Assembly: GCF_004010195.1 (NCBI RefSeq)
Contig: NC_057726.1
Span: 48,478,447-48,542,446 of the forward strand
Source of the DNA: Chiloscyllium plagiosum
Lineage: Eukaryota
Reading direction: 5' to 3'
DNA: 64,000 nt
Both the position numbers and the translations under genes were made by a program. The notes under the pieces were generated by a model. It was not told where the DNA came from. It saw only the letters and a list, made by a program, of their open reading frames with translations, and searched no databases. How positions within the stretch are numbered: position 1 is the first letter of the stretch; each line of letters begins with the position of its first letter. This document shows positions 63,226-64,000 of the stretch, in pieces.

Positions 63226-64000
63226 GTCACAGAGTCATGGAAATGTACAGCACGGAATCAGATTCTTCGGTCCAACTTGTCCATGCTGACCAGATATCCT
63301 AACCTAATCTGATTCCATTTGCCAGCACTAGACCCGTTTCCCTGTAAACCTTTCCGATTGATATACACATTCAGACACCTTTTAAATGTTGTAATTGAAG
63401 CAGCCTTCACCACTTCCGCTGGCAGCTCATTTCACAAATGTACCACCCTCTGTTTGAAAACGTTGCCCCTTAGATTTCTTTTATATCTTTCCCCTCTCAC
63501 CCTAAACCTATGCCCTCTAGTTCTTGACTCGCCCACCACAGGGAAAATACTTTGTCTACTTATCCTATCCATGCCTCTCATCATTTTATAAACCTCTAAA
63601 ACGTCACCCCTTAGCCTCCGACGCTCCAGAGAAAACAGCCCCAGCCTATTCAGCCTCTCCCTATAGCTCAAATTCTCCAACCCTGGCAACATCCTTGTAA
63701 ATCTTTTCTGAACCCTTTCAAGTTTCACACATCTTTCCGATAGGAAGGAGACCAGAACTGCATGCAATATTCCAAATGTGGTCGAACCAATATCCTGTCC
63801 AGCAGAAACATGACCTCTCAACTCCTATACTCAATACACTGACCAATAAAGGAAAGCATAACCAACGTCTTCTTCACTATCCTATCTATCTGCGACTCTA
63901 TTTTCAAGGAACTATGAACCTGCACTCCAAGGTCTCTTTATTCACCAACACTTCCTTACTATTAAGTGTATAAATCCTGCAATGATTTGCTTTTCCACCT
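63226..64000 (-). mobile_element. CR1 LINE 3' portion
   Basis: ORF 63432..63821(-) LERVQKRFTRMLPGL..LFSLERRRLRGD; 3' UTR similar to 1-272. Confidence 0.9.

Overview
Eukaryotic, AT-rich, repeat-dense vertebrate DNA. The tRNA-derived HE1-type SINEs, CR1/HER1-type LINEs and the Penelope-type repeats point to a cartilaginous fish (shark); this is inference. The only intact host gene is the 5' part of MMP2 (gelatinase A): coding exons 1-3 on + at 52687-52839, 53837-54063 and 56160-56308, preceded by a CpG-rich promoter region, with exon 4 beyond the window. The ~52 kb upstream probably corresponds to the IRX6-MMP2 interval of other vertebrates. It holds a near full-length CR1 LINE, many CR1/L2, Rex-Babar, RTE and Tx1 fragments, a decayed Harbinger transposon, a Penelope-like element, a 44-bp minisatellite carried inside a non-autonomous element, and several candidate conserved non-coding elements. 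Highlights: (1) a dispersed family of 90-330 bp non-coding elements carrying minimal type I hammerhead ribozyme cores, found as single copies with target-site duplications and as head-to-head palindromes, and sharing a 3' tail with a Penelope/Neptune-type ORF end; (2) an acidic decayed reading frame that rejoins in frame when the full-length CR1 is excised, suggesting a lost gene; (3) a young CpG-rich solo LTR in a three-level TE nest in MMP2 intron 3. Most repeat boundaries are approximate and no database search was possible.
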